Assembly: GCA_964019335.1 (NCBI GenBank)
Contig: OZ025648.1
Location: 558,001 to 622,000, forward strand
Origin: Diplonema japonicum
Taxonomy: Eukaryota > Protista > Euglenozoa: Diplonemea
DNA: 64,000 nucleotides
Direction of reading: 5' to 3'
Under the pieces are notes generated by a model. It was not told where the DNA came from and ran no database searches. It saw only the letters and a program-made list of their open reading frames with translations. Each line of letters starts with the position of its first letter. Positions within the stretch are counted from its first letter, which is position 1. A program made the translations under genes and the position numbers. Positions 58,689-64,000 of the stretch are shown here, piece by piece.

Positions 58689-58771
58689 TCCTCTCGGCCG
58701 GAATCGAACCAGCGGCCGCGCGATGGCTACTATTCTACAGTCGCGCGCTCTACCAATTGAGCTACGAGAGG
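58689..58771 (-). tRNA. tRNA-Tyr(GTA) with 10-nt intron (58725-58734)
   Basis: CCTCTCGTAGCTCAATTGGTAGAGCGCGCGACTGTAG[AATAGTAGCC]ATCGCG...GGTTCGATTCCGGCCGAGAGGA. Confidence 0.95.
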
Positions 58772-58780
58772 CTTACATTT

Positions 58781-59040
58781 TTTTGCAATAATAACCACTG
58801 GGGGAAACTGGGTGTGGGGTGTGTCCAGTCTTTTGTCTGGAGTAACCGAGAGGGCCACCACATGGGCTGAACCTTCCCTTTGGTGCTCCGTTCCCCCTTC
58901 CTGGGACAGCCACCTGGCTGATTACATTCGGGGCGGTCCCCTCGAGGCTGAACGCAGGGGCGTTCTCTTTGCGCCCTGCGCCCTCCCGGCCTTCCCTGTG
59001 GCTGCCTCCCGGGAGGTTGTTTCTTGGCCCATTTGCGTGT

Positions 59041-59073
<33 letters not shown>

Positions 59074-60174
59074 GGGGACAAAGGGGTAGGGGGGGGGGTC
59101 TATAATGGGCTCACGATCACCCTTGTGCTGCGTCGGCCGGGGGGAAGATCCCACACTCAGACCATGATAAGAGCCCGGAGGCCTCGATGAAGGCGCAGAC
59201 CTCGGCGGAGTGCTTGGAAAGCAGCGCGCGGAGCGGCAGCCCAGTGTCGTAGAAGGACTTAGCTGTGGGAGCCAGAGAATGACAGCCCCTCAGCAGGTCA
59301 TCAGCGTCGAGCGGTGATTGAACGTTGCAGGCGGGGCAGGTGAGGTGATGACTCCCCTCAGCCCTCAGGGGTCCCTTGAGCTGGAGGTACCCCCTCATCA
59401 AAGGCGTGTGTCCGGTCCGGAGCCGAATGATCAGGACCTCATCCCTCCTACTGAGTGGTGAGAGAGAGAGACATTCGCCACCGGTGACGAGGCGGTGGTG
59501 GCCGGGGGAGTCGCTGTTGTATCTCGCACGCGACCTTCCTCTCAGCCACGCTTTTATGGCCGCCTTGCTGGAGCGGTAGCTAACCCCGCAAGGCGACTTC
59601 GACAGCCCGTCCCTGGCCGCTCCGTCGGCGAGCTCGTTCCCCGTCACACCGCAGTGGGAGGGGATGTACCAGAAGTGCACATCACCAGAGCGTTTGGCCC
59701 TGAGCCAGGAAGCGGCATCCCAGATCCGTCTGTCCGTGGACTCCCTCTGCTGTCCGGGGCCTCCAGCGAGCCTCCGCAGCATCGTCTGTGAGTCGGTCAG
59801 CAAGTAGAGAGGGCGGCCCCTCAGGTTCACGACCGTTTTGTACACCTCCGCAGCCTCCTTCAACCCCATCAGGATAGCGGTGCCCTCGGCGCACATGGGT
59901 GTGGAGACCATGCCGGCCCCGTGAGAGGTGGTAAGGGTGAGGTCCATGTCGGGGACTCTGAGGGCAACCCAGCTCCCCCTCTCCCCCTTATCACCGAGCC
60001 GTCCGTGTACACTACCAGAGCGCCGCTTGGGATCTCGTCCAGCTTTTCCGCAGCCGCTGCCGCCCTCACATCGTCGGGGAGTGTCCTCCTGGTGTCGGTG
60101 GCGTAGGGATCGACGTGGATGCCTTCCGCCCAGGGGGGGGGGGGGGGGGGGGGGGGCTCTCGTATCAGGCCCTT
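58781..60174 (-). mobile_element. 5'-truncated non-LTR retrotransposon (ingi/I-clade-like RNase H + 3' end) flanked by a 16-bp TSD
   Basis: RNase H motifs VYTDGS / (frameshift) / AEGTAI, LTDSQT, YIPSHCGVTGNELAD, then RLRTGH...CPAC. TSD CGAGAGGCTTACATTT at 58765-58780 and 60175-60190. Confidence 0.9.
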
Positions 60175-60190
60175 CGAGAGGCTTACATTT

Positions 60191-60900
60191 CGTTCACTAC
60201 CAGGTGGGAGGATCGAAGGGGAGTAGAGAAAACAATTCAAGGGAAAGGGGAAAGGGACATCACTTCAAACCAAGAAGAGTGTTTGAAAAGTGATTTGTGA
60301 AAAGCAATCTCTGTTACTGAGCCATTGGTCGAGGGGTCCTGGTCCGCTGCTCCCTGTAGTTCATTACTTGGACCCCCTCACCACGCTCTTTTCATAATAA
60401 AATAAAACCGATCCCACCCACCAGGCAGCACCTGGGTTTCGAGGCATTAGCCGCCTCCTGAAACAAGAGACGACCTCCCAGATTTTAAGAACCTTGGTGG
60501 AGTTTCAATTGTGAATAAATTAACCAGCTGACTGTGAAACTCCACCGTCTGCTGGACTTGTTGGGCTTTCGGGAGCCAAAATTCAATTCATTTAAGAACT
60601 CGAGTTAAATAATGACTCATTATTTGTTGGCAATAAATAGCTATTTTTTTCCCAAGATAAAAGACTTCAAATCAAGCTCGATCGTGTACACCAAAACTTG
60701 ACCTTTCTGCCTTTTTTCTTTTTCTTTTTTTTTTTTGAAAGGTGAGTGAAAAGTTCGAATTAGGTGCAGCCCCAGCTCTATGGCCCTTTGCTCGCACCTG
60801 TAGGATGACGTATAGGATCCACCGCTGACCCCATACGAAGCTTTTCTCTCCCCTCGCAACAGGGGGCGGCTTGACGGTCGGGTGGTCCGCGTCACGGAGG
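60191..60900 (-). mobile_element. Older decayed retroelement ('family A' 3' end plus RNase H remnant)
   Basis: 60193-60485 is colinear with 44151-44400; SSYRCEQRAIELGL near 60760-60860 resembles the RNase H helix. Distal boundary uncertain. Confidence 0.6.
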
Positions 60901-61199
60901 CAGCTGAAATGGATGAAGAAGCGAAGAAATAGATAAAAAGGGGTGGGAAAGAATAAATACTGCATACGAAAACAGAGAGTCGAGTAAAAAAGGGAAAAGG
61001 TGACTGACATCCTCAAGAGGAGCCTCCCACGTACCAGGAATTAAGCAGAGGTTGCTTCCATGGCCCGTATCAGTCTATCGCCAGAAAGAATAATGAAAAT
61101 AACATAACAAAGAGAAGGGGGGAAGAAACGGAAAAAGACGGCTTGGTCATCAGAGAATGTTGACCCAAATGCGCAGACAAGGCGCCCCCCAAGGAGCCA

Positions 61200-62209
61200 C
61201 GTCCTGGACTTCGGGGGCGGGCTGTCGACGACGATGAAGAAGACGAGTTGCCTCGTGCCCTGGAACATCGTCTGCATGCGCCGCAGGACGGAGGATGGTT
61301 TCCACCCGATGTGGTCCAGGGTCTACGTCGTCCGCATCATGCAGCCATCCCCGGACCGGCGCAGGACGGCGTGGACGTGTGCCGCTTGCAGGCGCAGTCC
61401 CACCTCGTGGGTCCAGTGCCTCGCCCGCGGTTCCTCCTCACTGAACTTCCTCGGGCGGAAGATCGCACGATCCTCCACCACCGCGCCCTGAGCCTCGACG
61501 AGCTCCAGGACCCTGGCCTTCGCCTCCTTCAGGCTGTCTGCACTGACACAGACGTAGACGACCTGCTGTCGAAGGTAGAGGGCGGGGTGTAGGTGGGGGG
61601 GTCCAGCCCGAACGTGGAGACGTGGACCCTCTTGTTCACTGCGCGCGACCCAGAGACCATGACGACCTCGCTGGGGGTGGTGGCGCCGGGGATCTCTGTC
61701 ATGAGGACAAAGGTGAGGGATGCCGTAGGCATCGCGGAGTACACGACCCCCATTCCGGAGGGATCGTCGAGCGCAATGACGGCGCAGGATGCCTCCGTTG
61801 GGGGGGGCACGTTGGTGTAGACCGGGGCGTCCCATGTGTCTGGGACCAGGTCCCATCGCGGGGCTGTTGCAGGGGCAGGGGCAGGGTCGTCCGCCTCCAT
61901 CTCCTCAGGGCCAGAGCCAGTGTCTGAGTCCGAGCTGAGGAGGAGCGTGCCTAGGTCTGTCGCGACTGTTTCGTCCTCGACCTTCTGGGCAGCTGCCTCC
62001 TTGGCGGCCACCATCCTCAAGGCTTCATCCTTCTCAGCGGCGGCGGCTGCGGCCTGCCTCTCCGTTTCCCTCTCGGCGGCGGCGGCGGCTTTCTTCCTCT
62101 TCTCGGCGGCGGCGGCAGCGGCTTTCTTCTTCTCGGCGGCGGCGGCGGCTGTAGCCTCCATCTCCTCGGCAGCCTTCATCGCGGCCGCAGCACGCGCTTT
62201 CTCGGCCAC
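61200..62209 (-). pseudogene. GC-rich disrupted ORF with Ala/Glu/Lys repeats, possibly retroelement-associated
   Basis: Coding-like sequence switches frame (61529-62209 to 61323-61856) and continues past a TAG. Confidence 0.4.
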
Positions 62210-63790
62210 AACCTATAATTGGCATCTAAGCACACAACAAGAAAGAAAAAGGGAAATAAAACGTGAGAGTGGTTGCAAGGGGAAGAAGGAAGGAACTTCT
62301 TTTTTTTTTTTTTTTTTGTTGGGGAAAACAAACAAGCACAACTAATAATTCCTACAACTTTTCTCAACCAAGTACGGTGGCCATAATCATAATTTTCTAA
62401 AAACAGAAACACTTGTTCTCGAAAGAATGTTAGCAGTAAAATTGGGGAACAGTAGTTATTATTTATTCCCAGAATAAGTAAAAAATAATGGTTCTTCAAA
62501 AAATACAAAATTTCCATATTTCGTTGTTCTGGTAAAAGGCAAGGGGCAAAAAAAACGGGGGAAAAAAAAGAATTTTAGCTCTTTATTAAGAAAATAAGAT
62601 AGTATTATTTCACGCGTGGTGGCAGGGGGTTTAACGAGTAGGGATCTTAGTTCACTCGCTGCGTTCATGAAGTAAAAAGCTACGAGTTAAACCTGCCACC
62701 ACAAGTGGAATAATGCTCTTATTTTCACTAATACGTTGTTTTATTTAAGAGCCGGGTTTGAAAGGGTGGGTTTTCACTCCTGGGCCTAATTCAAGGTAAA
62801 CTGGGGGTGAAAATAAAGCTGGGAGTGACATAAAGTAAAATCTTAGTTTCACTCCCACCCTTGAAAACCCGGCTCGAGTTATATGAGCTCGTTCGGACGA
62901 AAATGTCAACACTTTTTTGGGCACCTCCGAAAATTTCTTGTTTTGATATTTGAGCAAAAAAAGGGCAGCATGCAACCATAGGAAGATGACATATATGGTG
63001 TACATGACGCCGTTCTTTCAATTGCGATGCTTGTTTTGCCATGAGGGCAGGCTTTGCCCTGTGAAGCGAAAAATAGAGGTCAGAAAAACGGCGAAAAATG
63101 TTTAAAATACAATTTTGTTGCTTAAAATGCAGCATCAAGGGTGCATAAAATTGGTGTTCAAGCGCACTTGTGACCCCTGGGTACAACCGAGAAGGGTCGG
63201 GTTACTGTTAAAGTACTTAGCGAAAAATATATGGCGCTGCATAGCCCCCGGGTTCCTAAGGGATTTTGGTCTTTTTCAGAAAAACCAATTCTTAACACTT
63301 GCCTGCTCATGCAGAGCTTCGACATTGGATCTTCGGGGTCAAACTTTCATTCTCTACCCATCTGCTGAGGTTTTTCCTTTTCTTTTGCGCTCATAATACT
63401 TTGAAAGTGAAATTTCTGCTTTTTTAAGGGGTTTTAGAGGGATTTTAGCCTTGAATAGGCCAAAATGGCACTTTAAGGGTAAGTTCTCCCACCCCATTTT
63501 AATAGTGATTTAGAGTCCAGCCCACCCAAAATGACCCCAAAGGTTTCACAGATTTTCAATCTGCGTCCATTCCTCCTCGGAAAAACGAAAATAAAAAATG
63601 GAGTCTGGGTTATTTGTAACTTCCAAATTGAATCGTTTGCCAAAAACCATTCTAAAAAACATGTTTTGCACGTGTGTTTTAAAAATAAAACAAGCGGCGA
63701 GCATTTTGACCTATATGGTGTTCAAGCTTAGACTGCATTTCTGCACACAAAGTGGTGTCGGACTACTTTTCTACTTAGAATTTTAACTCC

Positions 63791-64000
63791 CTGGATCTCG
63801 ATGCTGCTTCTCTGCATACCTTCCTAGGTGTCCTTTTGTCGATGGACTTGAATATCAAGCCAGATTATTCTGACTACTGGCGCACTGGCTACGTCTGTCA
63901 ACCACACCCCTGGGTACGCCACCGTCATGTCAAGAGACCGCTTTTTGACTATTCCGGGAGATCTGTGTTTCCACAGCGAAACAAACAAGCGTGCTGACTT
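63791..64000 (+). mobile_element. piggyBac-like transposase remnant (frameshifted)
   Basis: LHTFLGVLLSMDLNIKPDYSDYW...P, then in a shifted frame ATVMSRDRFLTIPGDLCF, matching the piggyBac F.G..L.MG....P...DYW...MSRDRF..I...L.F pattern. Confidence 0.75.

Overview
Eukaryotic, gene-dense window, most likely euglenozoan and probably a diplonemid. This is an inference from three things: about 25 protein genes all on the minus strand as one directional cluster, many tiny GT-AG cis-introns with GTATG-type donors, and a trypanosomatid-like intron-containing tRNA-Tyr. Intergenic DNA is dominated by homopolymers. Genes include a >3256-aa DUF3638-type giant protein running off the left edge, TAF12-like, SF1/BBP, LARP, CCDC96, CDC73, CPSF160, FKBP, a UBE2Z-like E2 with two UBC domains, cyclophilin, IPP-2 and two transporters. 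There are four tRNA genes, and two of them sit inside the only long introns found. The main candidate for an undescribed system is a set of RNase H-carrying non-LTR retroelements inserted about 9-13 bp upstream of tRNA genes. Their 16-17 bp target-site duplications include the first nucleotides of the tRNA, and they are stacked at tRNA-Tyr. Other notable signals are micro-introns with poly(A) in place of a polypyrimidine tract, a 10-nt tRNA-Tyr intron and a piggyBac remnant at the right edge. Exon structures and family calls are manual readings from motifs, not database results.
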